Origin: a virus
Reading direction: 5' to 3' (one strand)
Virus record (IMG/VR): IMGVR_UViG_3300030061_003170
DNA length: 64,000 nt
Part shown: positions 1-9,398 of the stretch, piece after piece
Position numbering within the stretch: position 1 is the stretch's first letter
Layout of the letters: each line of letters opens with the position of its first letter
Notes under the pieces: model-generated
The model's input: only the letters and a program-made list of their open reading frames with translations
Databases searched by the model: none
What the model was told of the DNA's origin: nothing
Made by a program: the position numbers and the translations under genes

Positions 1-795
1 ATCATCGACCTTCAGTTTTTTTGAGTAATGATGATCAAGCATTTTTCTAAAATATTCTATTTGAGGACCTTGCTGGTGGATGTCAATTCTAAGATCAGAC
101 TTAGATGGCATCTTATTAGAGGTGCTTGTGAAATTATTATTTTTGGCCGCCTCATCATGATACGTATCATTATATATTTTACCAAAATTGTTCATATTAA
201 AAAACGACATTCCTGTGACATATAAACTTTCAATATCATAATTTAGCAATGTTATGATTCCTGTCAAGCCTGTGTTACACGTTGTCCCGACTTGCTCAAA
301 TATCTTGAAGAGATAACCATCACAAACATTGTGGGTTGGTATTTCTAGTTTACTTAAGAATTGATTAACTGCTGGTAGCGTTTGTACGTTAACCATGGAG
401 CATATTAGGTATTTTAGAGAATTTGCAAATTCCATGTTTGCACCTAAAGCACGTCTTTTGTGAATGTTTAAACAGTTTATTAAAATATCTGTTCTTTTGC
501 CATAATCTTGCCAGTCATTTTCACGCATATGATACGCCTGGTTGACTCTAATTACCAAGTCATGGGAATCTATATACTCACCCATGTTTAAGCCCCTCAG
601 GTGAGGAGAAGGGCACACGTAGGCAATTCTTTTGCCTTTCAATAAGTGTGCTAAATTCTCGTCCCTGTTGTACTCTTTAAAATCACCAACGAATCTTCCG
701 GACCGTCCTAGTCTCTCTAGTTGTTGTGAAGGTGTTAAGGTAGAGGATTGCCATCTTGGAGGATCTACAAATGGTATATTGATTATTTTACCCAT
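1..795 (-). CDS. GT29 (sialyltransferase)-like glycosyltransferase, 3' end runs off window
   Basis: Manual translation from ATG 795, open to base 1 (absent from ORF track): KRIAYVCPSPHLRGLNMGEYIDSHDLVIRVN..DYGKRTD resembles sialylmotif L; CNTGLTGIITLLNYDIESLYVTGMSF resembles sialylmotif S; overlaps stop of upstream GT10 gene. Confidence 0.7.
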   Translation of the reverse strand, partial: MGKIINIPFVDPPRWQSSTLTPSQQLERLGRSGRFVGDFKEYNRDENLAHLLKGKRIAYVCPSPHLRGLNMGEYIDSHDLVIRVNQAYHMRENDWQDYGKRTDILINCLNIHKRRALGANMEFANSLKYLICSMVNVQTLPAVNQFLSKLEIPTHNVCDGYLFKIFEQVGTTCNTGLTGIITLLNYDIESLYVTGMSFFNMNNFGKIYNDTYHDEAAKNNNFTSTSNKMPSKSDLRIDIHQQGPQIEYFRKMLDHHYSKKLKVDD

Positions 796-1633
796 CAAGG
801 GCCTCCTTTAGTATATTTTCATACATCCAGTTCTCAACAACATCATATTTTTTGCATTCTTCTAGATTGTGCAATATTGCTTCTTGTTCTAGTCTCGTGT
901 CTTCGATTCCATTGATAATATTGTATAACTCATCAGCAGTCTCAAAGGTTATAATTCCTCGTGGATCAAAAAACTCTTCTATGTTTGGACAGCCCCAATA
1001 AATTGGAATCGTACCAACGGCAAAACAATCCAATAATTTTTCTGTAAAATAGTTGTCTTTCCTGACGTTTTCTATGACAATCGAATATTTGTAATCTGTT
1101 AAGGCCTCTTCTTTTTTCTCAATAAACTTATCCGCCCCAGTTCCAAACAAATCAACTTTGCCCTTTAGCACAGAAGCCACTTGGTGCCTTAGATTCCAAC
1201 CTTGTAAGCCACCAATTTTATTTGAATAAACCATTGAAATACCCTTTGTCTTGTCAAATATTTTATAGTTGCTTTCCTCAACCCATGTACCGCCAAATGG
1301 AACAAATTTGCATTTTTCTGGGTATTTCTGCAATAGTGATGTATCATTTGTGAGTAAAACATCAAGTAAATCAATGTATTTGTCCACTAACACGTATGCA
1401 TGCTGGTGAACTTCACGCCGCTCTATCATCCAACCAATCTTTATATTGCTCTTAACTGACTTAATGTACACTGGGTTTAAGAAATTATCAGTGAAAATAG
1501 TTACACCATCAAAATTAGTTTTTCTATATAAATACCTGAAATGGTTATTGGACTTGTCTTTAATCATAGAAAAATTGCCAGATTTAGTCCTAAGATGCTC
1601 AAAGGTGCTGTCCCAAAGGTTAACTTCATACAT
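788..1633 (-). CDS. GT10 alpha-1,3-fucosyltransferase-like
   Basis: YKYSIVIENVRKDNYFTEKLLDCFAVGTIPIYWG = GT10 signature. Confidence 0.85.
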   Translation of the reverse strand: MYEVNLWDSTFEHLRTKSGNFSMIKDKSNNHFRYLYRKTNFDGVTIFTDNFLNPVYIKSVKSNIKIGWMIERREVHQHAYVLVDKYIDLLDVLLTNDTSLLQKYPEKCKFVPFGGTWVEESNYKIFDKTKGISMVYSNKIGGLQGWNLRHQVASVLKGKVDLFGTGADKFIEKKEEALTDYKYSIVIENVRKDNYFTEKLLDCFAVGTIPIYWGCPNIEEFFDPRGIITFETADELYNIINGIEDTRLEQEAILHNLEECKKYDVVENWMYENILKEALDG

Positions 1634-2411
1634 TAATGATCTCCCATTCGTTTGGTATTATATCCTCAGTTTTAAAATTGCTATTTTTTGGACCAAACCA
1701 AGTTCCAGGAGCAATTACTCTTTTGTTTTCATTTTCATTTAACCATGCCGCCCACCAGGAAAAAGAAGAGTTAGCAATGATGTTGTTTTTCATTTTACTC
1801 ATAAGAAAAAAATCAATTACATCAAAACCTGTGTTGACAAATGTCGCATCCAAATAACTAAACCTTTCCTTGCACCACTCTATATCATCACTAAAGAAGA
1901 CATAATGTGTGTTTTCAAAAGCAGAGAAGCACTTACTGTAGTAGTCCTCTCCAAGGTTGGTGTGGTATTCTTTGTATTTAAGGTAGTCTCCTCTCCTAAT
2001 GTGGACTGCGCAAGTATTCTTCTCCAGAAGGCTGGAGAAATTTCTAGAAATAAAGTTGTTAATTTTATCAGGGATCGCAAACATATCTTTAATTTCTGCT
2101 TTTCGGTGAACAAAGTACTTTTCACTTTGATAATATCCGTCTAAACAAATGTTTGAAGTGTAGTTTATTTTTTCATAAGAAAAGTCTGGTGATCCGTGAT
2201 GTACAGTAAGTCCTGTCTTTGGAAAAGATTCAAATTTTATATCTTCAAATATTGTCATTCGGTACTTTGTAGTTTCTGAATTGGTTGGTGAAATACCAGA
2301 AGTGTAACTACTACAAACAAAATCAGCATTATTGTCTAAAGATAATGCTTTTGCTGCTGCCATTTGGAACATCTGGTTGCACATTCTTCCTTTTAAAGAC
2401 ACATAAATCAT
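1626..2411 (-). CDS. GT11 alpha-1,2-fucosyltransferase
   Basis: GRMCNQMFQ, VHIRRGDY, FFSDD, IIANSSFSWWAAWL motifs. Confidence 0.9.
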   Translation of the reverse strand: MIYVSLKGRMCNQMFQMAAAKALSLDNNADFVCSSYTSGISPTNSETTKYRMTIFEDIKFESFPKTGLTVHHGSPDFSYEKINYTSNICLDGYYQSEKYFVHRKAEIKDMFAIPDKINNFISRNFSSLLEKNTCAVHIRRGDYLKYKEYHTNLGEDYYSKCFSAFENTHYVFFSDDIEWCKERFSYLDATFVNTGFDVIDFFLMSKMKNNIIANSSFSWWAAWLNENENKRVIAPGTWFGPKNSNFKTEDIIPNEWEIINV

Positions 2412-3157
2412 AATGAATCAACTTTACTGTATTTCTTTCTATTCCTAATCATTCTTTCTTCGCCTAATTGGACAGAGTGGTTAATTTTATCTTCATTTAG
2501 GGGATTAGTTCTGTTATAAACATACATAATGTCTTTCACATATACGGCTTTTTCACCGGACATCTCTAACATTGGAAACATAAATGCCAAGTCCCAAGCA
2601 GCCTTCACAAACCTTCCAGTCTCGTCATTGATTAAGTCTTTTTTGTTTATTTTTCTCCATAAACCACACTTAAATGTTCTCAAGTGCGATGAACACCATG
2701 GACTTTCTCGATAAGCGTTTGAATAAATTATTGACTTCGGAATCTGTCTGCTAAACTGTCCTTTTACATTACTAGGGTGTTCAACATAGGAACCATAAGT
2801 CATCCAGCAACCACTCTCATTATAGACTTCATTAATCTTTGAAAGCACATGTCTGCTGGCTAACCAATCATCGCCATCCAAAGTCAATATTATATCTTGA
2901 TCGTCAGGGTTTAATTCCTGTATCGTGTCATGTATATTTTTTAAGGCATATGATTTTTCTGTATTTGTAACCAATTTAAATCTATCGTCACCAGCAATTG
3001 CTGCCTTAATAACTTCTGATGTTTTATCGGTTGATATGTCATCCACCAAAATACACTCATAGTTGTCATAATTTTGTAACTGTACAGACTTGATTGTTTT
3101 TGCGATCCAATCTTCTACATTATACAGAGGTATAATTACTTTAAAATGATTATCCAT
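2408..3157 (-). CDS. GT2 family glycosyltransferase
   Basis: VIIPLYN, ILVDDISTDKT, LDGDD DxD motif. Confidence 0.9.
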   Translation of the reverse strand: MDNHFKVIIPLYNVEDWIAKTIKSVQLQNYDNYECILVDDISTDKTSEVIKAAIAGDDRFKLVTNTEKSYALKNIHDTIQELNPDDQDIILTLDGDDWLASRHVLSKINEVYNESGCWMTYGSYVEHPSNVKGQFSRQIPKSIIYSNAYRESPWCSSHLRTFKCGLWRKINKKDLINDETGRFVKAAWDLAFMFPMLEMSGEKAVYVKDIMYVYNRTNPLNEDKINHSVQLGEERMIRNRKKYSKVDSL

Positions 3158-3986
3158 TCAATATCTCCAAAACTCTATTAGGTATCTCTACCCTTTTGCC
3201 TCTCATGTGCTCTATCAGTTCACAACCACTTAACTTAAACCATGGCTCATAGGAAGCACCAACGTTCTTGTTTGTGATCGTTTTTATACCCATCATTCTT
3301 GCTTCAACAACAACCCTAGATAAAGTCTCAGGAGATTTTGGTAAAAATATGAATTTATTATTATTACTCATCAATGACAAGAACTCATTATAGTTTTTTG
3401 ACGAGATTAATTCGTACTCATACCCTTTCTTTTCGCAATAAAAACATGTTTCTGATGTGTTTTTGTGCCAAGTACCAGAATTTAGAATAGAATATCTATT
3501 GTTTTTTTCTTTTTTTGACAATATTTCCAGAATTGATAGTGAGTCTTCTGACCATAAGTTTCCTGAGAGGTTATGGACATTATTTATTGATAAATTCTTC
3601 TCTATTATGCTCTTATGAAAAGAAGATTGGCAAAAGACTGCCATGGCGTTTTGATAAAATTTAGCATTTACTATTTGACTTTTTGGTGCTATAAAATCTT
3701 TAAATTTAGCAGGGTTTCTGTTTCTTAAGTATTTGTGATCATGCTCGTAAATCACATAATCAAAATTATCTGCTAGCAGATCTCTTGTCCCAACGGGTAA
3801 GTTAACAAAGTTTGAGACTATTATTTTATGCCCCATATATTTTTTCAATACCTCTGTTGTTACCTCGTGAGATTTAAGTTTATTAACGAGCAATAGCGAA
3901 CATAACTCATAATCGTTAAGTTCGCCACCGCCAATTAAATCAGATAAAAAGAAGTCTGATATGTATAAAATATTATTCTTGCTCAA
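3150..3986 (-). CDS. GT-B (GT4-like) glycosyltransferase
   Basis: GGGE near N-terminus; PETLSRVVVEARMMG EX7E motif; cluster context. Confidence 0.65.
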   Translation of the reverse strand: MSKNNILYISDFFLSDLIGGGELNDYELCSLLLVNKLKSHEVTTEVLKKYMGHKIIVSNFVNLPVGTRDLLADNFDYVIYEHDHKYLRNRNPAKFKDFIAPKSQIVNAKFYQNAMAVFCQSSFHKSIIEKNLSINNVHNLSGNLWSEDSLSILEILSKKEKNNRYSILNSGTWHKNTSETCFYCEKKGYEYELISSKNYNEFLSLMSNNNKFIFLPKSPETLSRVVVEARMMGIKTITNKNVGASYEPWFKLSGCELIEHMRGKRVEIPNRVLEILNG

Positions 3987-5217
3987 CTAAATCACCTTCT
4001 AATTCGGATAACCAACCATCTAAGTCTATTTGTTCTCCATAAATTGAATCAACAAATCCTTTAAACAAGTTTTCATCACTGAATTTTTCGTTAACTAGTT
4101 CTTTTAGTTCAAGCGCTCTTTGTTTTGCACCCTCAGAGTCCCGTAAAACGTTTCTAAGCGCGTTTTTGTAAGAATCCTTGTCAGCATAGGCCCACATGGA
4201 ATCGGCTTGAATTACGCCATCCCAGACGGCTTGTTGAGATACTGGTTCAAGAGTAAAATCAACCTCTTCAAAATAATTTTTTCCATCATGATGTAAGAAG
4301 TCCATTTGTCCAGACCAACCAACAGTAACAATTGGCATGCCTTCACGAGCAGCCTCAAACATTGGAAGACCAAAGCCTTCGCCATGAGCAATATTGACCA
4401 GTGCGCCAATTTTGTTATGATTGTATAACCATGTCATTTGACCGGCAGAAAGGTCTCCGTGAAGAAGATGAACTTTACACTTCCTATCTGGGTGGGTGCT
4501 CAATATCTGTTTTAACATATTTTCTGTTGCTTCTAGATCCATTCTAGAATTTCCAGCAGTGTTAGTCTTAACAACTAGACCAACCTCTTCGTCTTTAAAC
4601 TCTTCGACCCACCATCGCAATGAATTAACAAAGTTTTTTCGCGGAGAAAATTGAGACACCATTAACATATTATTTGTATATGGCAATTCAAAGCCCGGTA
4701 TGGCTTCTGGTTCTTTTCTTGGCGTGTTTTCCCATACTACTTCAAGCGGAGTTTCCAACCTGTAAGGAAACACATCCCCTGTTTGTTGATTTTTTGCTTG
4801 AAAAACTGTGTTTTCATACGTCTCTTTGGCATGTGTAGAAACAACCAGGATTTTATCCATTATGTTGCCTTGCTGAAGCCATTGGGGTGCCACGCTCGTT
4901 GTTTCAATTCCAGCAGTAAACCCAATATTCTCAGGTGCAATTTTCTGAAATTCATTTGGTATTGTTATCTGTAATGAAAGATCAGGGTTCATTTGCTGCT
5001 GTTGGATTAACAACTGAGTTTCTACAATTCTAGAATCCATCCACTGACGAAATTCATTGTCTTCCCAAACCCAGCCGGTTTTGCCCCATGGGATTGGAGA
5101 AACATAAATTTCAAACAAATCCTCTCTAGAACGCAAAGCGCGAAGAGCAAATCTGGACTGTTCTCCATAACCACTCTGGGACAGAACTGGTGCTCTTACA
5201 AAAATTTTCTTTTTCAC
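3973..5217 (-). CDS. GT4-like glycosyltransferase
   Basis: SGYG, PRKN, GEGFGLPMFEAA (EX7E). Confidence 0.85.
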   Translation of the reverse strand: MKKKIFVRAPVLSQSGYGEQSRFALRALRSREDLFEIYVSPIPWGKTGWVWEDNEFRQWMDSRIVETQLLIQQQQMNPDLSLQITIPNEFQKIAPENIGFTAGIETTSVAPQWLQQGNIMDKILVVSTHAKETYENTVFQAKNQQTGDVFPYRLETPLEVVWENTPRKEPEAIPGFELPYTNNMLMVSQFSPRKNFVNSLRWWVEEFKDEEVGLVVKTNTAGNSRMDLEATENMLKQILSTHPDRKCKVHLLHGDLSAGQMTWLYNHNKIGALVNIAHGEGFGLPMFEAAREGMPIVTVGWSGQMDFLHHDGKNYFEEVDFTLEPVSQQAVWDGVIQADSMWAYADKDSYKNALRNVLRDSEGAKQRALELKELVNEKFSDENLFKGFVDSIYGEQIDLDGWLSELEGDLVEQE

Positions 5218-6476
5218 GCTACCTCCTTAAAAGTGATGCTAGAATATCCGACTCTTGTATCCCAAGAACCCTCTTCTTCATGAATTTGCAACATATAGTT
5301 TACCCAATTATCCTGAAAGGTTTGAAAGTTGTAATTGTTACTTACATGCTGATACCCTTTCATTCCAATTTCATGCCTCTTAGAAGCCGGCATGTTATAC
5401 ATCTTACTCAAGGCCCTATCAAAATCTTTTTGAGCAATACGATCTTCATAAATATATGGTACCTGCTGTGACCCTATTACACACTTTGATGCTGGTTCAA
5501 TTCCAACTCCATAAATGTGCTTTTTACCCTTGACTTGCTCTTGAAGACCTCCGGTTTTATTAACAATAATTGGAGTACCGCATGCAAGAGATTCTAGAGT
5601 GGAGAGACCAAACCCTTCAGCATCTGAAATATTGATTGTAACATCGGCCAAGTTATAAAACGTGCTCATTTGTTCCAAGGATACTTTGTTAACTGATAGC
5701 AAGACCTCTCGGTTATCTAAACACAAGTGTTCAATAAGATGATTCAAGTCCTGCCCGTGAACGTCTTTAGGGTCCGTATGCATGATCAACTGGGCTTTAT
5801 CATGTAAATTATTCTTATCAAGCCATTCTTTGAACCACCAAATTAGTGTTCCAGACTGTTTTCTTCTAGCGTTTCTATTGTTCCAGAAAACAACAAATTT
5901 ATCGACATCATCTGGTACGAAGTTGGCTTTCCTTAACTCTCGACGTTCGGCTCTGTTCAAAGGTTGGAAATATTGTGCATTTACAGCGTGAGGAATATAC
6001 TTTGACGGCACATTTGGCGCAACAGTCTTCACAATATCATGAGAAACCTTTGAAATACAAGCAATACGATCATTTGACTCGTAAAACTTTTTATTAAAGT
6101 GAGGATAGGGGTAATTATCCCAAACGTGATAATAAACAATAGGGCAAAGAGGACGAATCTCGTTCTCAATAGCCCACAGCCAATCCCAAAATCGGGGGTC
6201 GGTCATAATCCAAACAAAATCTGGTCGTTCATTACGAACAATCGAACGAACCATTTCTTGAGTACCGTATCCGTCAACAGGAATGATGCGCCAATCATTT
6301 CCATACGGATCAACACTTATTGGGTCATAATTATGGTGTTTCATGGCGCCGCCCAAAGAAATGACTTCAAATTTGCCACTGTTAAGTAAGGCCTCACAAA
6401 TATAGCGGGTTTGGGTGCCGACCCCCGAAGGAGATAGTGGATGATCACTTAACGTTAATACTTTTAGTTTTTTCAT
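5214..6476 (-). CDS. GT4-like glycosyltransferase
   Basis: SGVG, NARRK, AEGFGLSTLESLACGTPII..TGG. Confidence 0.9.
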   Translation of the reverse strand: MKKLKVLTLSDHPLSPSGVGTQTRYICEALLNSGKFEVISLGGAMKHHNYDPISVDPYGNDWRIIPVDGYGTQEMVRSIVRNERPDFVWIMTDPRFWDWLWAIENEIRPLCPIVYYHVWDNYPYPHFNKKFYESNDRIACISKVSHDIVKTVAPNVPSKYIPHAVNAQYFQPLNRAERRELRKANFVPDDVDKFVVFWNNRNARRKQSGTLIWWFKEWLDKNNLHDKAQLIMHTDPKDVHGQDLNHLIEHLCLDNREVLLSVNKVSLEQMSTFYNLADVTINISDAEGFGLSTLESLACGTPIIVNKTGGLQEQVKGKKHIYGVGIEPASKCVIGSQQVPYIYEDRIAQKDFDRALSKMYNMPASKRHEIGMKGYQHVSNNYNFQTFQDNWVNYMLQIHEEEGSWDTRVGYSSITFKEVA

Positions 6477-6499
6477 AAAAAATCCTTGATGATGTCTTT

Positions 6500-6528
6500 A
6501 ATATAACACCATCAAGGAGAGTTGTCAA
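6500..6528 (-). promoter_or_regulatory. sigma70-type promoter for glycosyltransferase operon
   Basis: TTGACA-N17-TATATT with extended TG. Confidence 0.75.
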
Positions 6529-6554
6529 GAAAAAAAATGATTTTTTTTTATTTT

Positions 6555-7337
6555 TTAAGGACAATGTTCTGTATTTTTAAATTCACAGTATCTACAGTTT
6601 TTTCTGTTTTTTATCTTAAGGCCGGCCTTAACGGACCTACAGCCATCAGTAAGAAGTTTGGTTGCACTCTTGGTCTTGCGAGGACCAGATGTCACACGAA
6701 AGATCTCAACATTATCTTTTTTCGCAGTTCTCTTAAGAAGGCCAAAGTAGGTCTCAACCATTTTTGGGTCTATTTTGTGCTTCTCACAGAAAAACTTTTT
6801 GTAAAGAGTTAACTGGTATGTCACCAGTGTGCTTTGTTTCTTCTCCATGTTCCAGCCCCAAGAGCAGGTCTTCCAGTCAATGATGTGGTATTTATCATCT
6901 GGTGTCTTGATTACAAGGTCAATAAATCCCTTGAGGTTCCAATCATAATCAAGTTCTTCAATCTGTTGATACAACATCTCCTCTGTCGAGTAGACCTCAT
7001 AGCCTGGGAAGTGTTCTTCTAATTGAGGAAAAACAAGTGGCATTATAAGTCTTGCATTTCTTCTAAACTCTTTGAGTGCCACTTCTTGAACTTCCTCATC
7101 CAATTCAAGTTTCTCAAGTTCTTGATCAAAAGTTTCATCAAAAAAGTCTTCGCGGTCTGCATCTTCTGTCAAAAGCCCTTTTGCTATGTTCTCGCACACA
7201 CTATGTATTGCTGTCCCAAACGCAGTGTAAAGGTTGCCTGTAAAGCCCTTGATGCCCTGTAAGTACATCAGATTATGTTTCCATGGGCACTCGGCCCAGG
7301 TCTTCAATTCTGAGTATGAAATGTGTTTTTTAGTCAT
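6555..7337 (-). CDS. PD-(D/E)xK exonuclease (RecB/Cas4-like, 4-Cys)
   Basis: SYSELKTWAECP, GFIDLV..IIDWKT, QLTLY, CRYCEF..C; start moved to MTKK after GGAGG. Confidence 0.85.
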   Translation of the reverse strand: MTKKHISYSELKTWAECPWKHNLMYLQGIKGFTGNLYTAFGTAIHSVCENIAKGLLTEDADREDFFDETFDQELEKLELDEEVQEVALKEFRRNARLIMPLVFPQLEEHFPGYEVYSTEEMLYQQIEELDYDWNLKGFIDLVIKTPDDKYHIIDWKTCSWGWNMEKKQSTLVTYQLTLYKKFFCEKHKIDPKMVETYFGLLKRTAKKDNVEIFRVTSGPRKTKSATKLLTDGCRSVKAGLKIKNRKNCRYCEFKNTEHCP

Positions 7338-8011
7338 TAGTCCTCCGTGGATATTAATGAATGTAACACGTAATAAAGGATTGGGCAAGTATTTTTTAAA
7401 TTTTCTCTGTCTCCGATGAAATATTCTTCGAATCCACGGGCAAAGTATTCACGAATAGAAGTTGCAGCATAAGCAGAAGGAAAGATACCAACACACAATT
7501 GATTTACAATATCATAACCAACCTCTTTATGAAGATAATTATCAATATCCTTGCTGTACTCTATTCTTGTTAAGAAATCATCAGGTACGTCAGATATGTC
7601 TTCAAGTCGCATTGCGAGGTTTTTTCTTTTTGCCTTAAACTCACGTATGAATGACTTAATATAAATTTCATCCATATGCAGTTCTTCACTAGCATGTGCA
7701 ATTTCGTGAATAATGTCATCAATCATATCACGATCATCGTCTTGCTCGTTTGATACATAAATTGCACCGTCTTCAAAGTAAGCATTTATTCCATCTTTCT
7801 TAAACCTTGGGAATTCTCCAATGTAAATTATGTCCACCCCATCAATGACATGGGAAGGCAAAAGACTTGAAATATATTTAAACACAAACTCTGGGTCAAT
7901 ATGTTCTGGAAGTTTATCTTTAATGAAAACGTCAACACCACTTAAAGAATACATATCTTTTAACTTGCTCCCTCTTCTGGCAGATTCTTTTATCCACATA
8001 ATTATCTCCAA
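7337..8011 (-). CDS. putative zinc metallopeptidase (HEXXH)
   Basis: IIHEIAH plus distal YA..REYFA; promoter TTGACT-N17-TATATT at 8021-8049. Confidence 0.6.
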   Translation of the reverse strand: MEIIMWIKESARRGSKLKDMYSLSGVDVFIKDKLPEHIDPEFVFKYISSLLPSHVIDGVDIIYIGEFPRFKKDGINAYFEDGAIYVSNEQDDDRDMIDDIIHEIAHASEELHMDEIYIKSFIREFKAKRKNLAMRLEDISDVPDDFLTRIEYSKDIDNYLHKEVGYDIVNQLCVGIFPSAYAATSIREYFARGFEEYFIGDRENLKNTCPILYYVLHSLISTED

Positions 8012-8053
8012 CTTATAACTAATATAACATAAAAAGGCAAGTTAGTCAAATTT

Positions 8054-9397
8054 TTAGAGCAATTTAGAAGCGGCAGTCGCCAATTTACTACGTTCACCCT
8101 TGCGAAACGTTACATGGCCCGATAGTTCAGAATTTTTAAATTTTTCTACTGCGTATGCTAAACCATTGCTTGTCTCATTTGTATAAACGTTATCTATCTG
8201 TTCTATATCTCCGGTTAAAACAATTTTCGTGTTCTCGCCAATTCTTGTAATAATTGTTTTTACTTCGTGTGCAGTTAAGTTCTGTGCTTCGTCAATAATA
8301 ACAAAGGAGTTTGAGATTGATCTACCACGGATGTAAGTTAAAGCCTCCACTTCAAGTTTACCAATATCCATGTATTCTTTAAGTTTAACATTGTTGTCGC
8401 CAATTGCATAACGAATGTTATCTTCAATCGGCTTAAGCCAAGGAAGCATCTTTTCTTCCATTGTCCCTGGGAGGAAACCGATGTCCTTACCCATAGGCTG
8501 AACTGGTCGAGAGATAATCAAACGATCATAAACTCTCTCGCCGTGACCTAAAACCTGTTCCATGCCTGCTGCAATGGCCATGAGTGTCTTACCGGAACCA
8601 GCACGACCTATTAGGGAGACAAGGGGTATCTCTGGGTCAAACAGAAGATCAAAAGAAAATGATTGCTCCTTGTTCCTTGGATGAACATTAAAGGATAATT
8701 CTTCCTTGTTATCGTAAATGTGCAACAGTGGATTGATTGGGTCCTCGTATCTTGCTAGTGCAGTCTTCTTTTCGTTTGCCAGAGACACAAGCATCACAAA
8801 CTCATGAGGGTGCAAAGTTATTTTTTGTTCCTGCAGAACCTCAGGTTCAATAACAATGTCTTCGCCTCTGTAAAACTGGTCAATTGTTTCATCGTCAACC
8901 AAAACGCTGGTGAAGCCATTGTAAATTTTGTCAGCATCATCGACAACCTGTGTTATGCTGTAGTCCTCTGTTAGTAGACCAAGAGCATCAGCGATGACCC
9001 TCATGTTAATGTCTCTTGACATAACCACACATTTGCGCTTTGGAGCATCGGCTTGTATTGTTAAAGCAGTGGCAAGGATAAGGTGGTCTGCTACCTTATG
9101 AGAAAGATCGCGTGGGAGTTCCTCTAGACAGATCTCGGAGGCTTTAATCACTCGGATGATACCTTTGCCCTTGTCAAGCCTAACGCCCTTTGAGAGCGAT
9201 CCTCGTGCCCTTAAGATGTCAAAGTTTTTGATTGCATTTCTAGCATTAAAACCAACAGAGTCTTGGCGCTTTTTGTGCTTATCAATTTCCTCGAGAACTT
9301 TCAGAGGAACAAAAATGTCGTTGTTGTCGAATTTAAAGATGCATTGAGCATCCGTTAAGAAAACGGAGGTGTCAATGACGATGTTTTTTTTAGCCAT
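8054..9397 (-). CDS. phoH: PIN domain + PhoH-family ATPase
   Basis: N-terminal VIDTSV PIN; GRAGSGKT, IGFLPG, YIRGRS, IIDEAQN, GDIEQID. Confidence 0.92.
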   Translation of the reverse strand: MAKKNIVIDTSVFLTDAQCIFKFDNNDIFVPLKVLEEIDKHKKRQDSVGFNARNAIKNFDILRARGSLSKGVRLDKGKGIIRVIKASEICLEELPRDLSHKVADHLILATALTIQADAPKRKCVVMSRDINMRVIADALGLLTEDYSITQVVDDADKIYNGFTSVLVDDETIDQFYRGEDIVIEPEVLQEQKITLHPHEFVMLVSLANEKKTALARYEDPINPLLHIYDNKEELSFNVHPRNKEQSFSFDLLFDPEIPLVSLIGRAGSGKTLMAIAAGMEQVLGHGERVYDRLIISRPVQPMGKDIGFLPGTMEEKMLPWLKPIEDNIRYAIGDNNVKLKEYMDIGKLEVEALTYIRGRSISNSFVIIDEAQNLTAHEVKTIITRIGENTKIVLTGDIEQIDNVYTNETSNGLAYAVEKFKNSELSGHVTFRKGERSKLATAASKLL

Positions 9398-9398
9398 G

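Noticed and set aside
6555-7337. Cas4 as part of a CRISPR system
   Set aside because: Solo Cas4/RecB-like nucleases are common in phages; no other cas genes or array are present.
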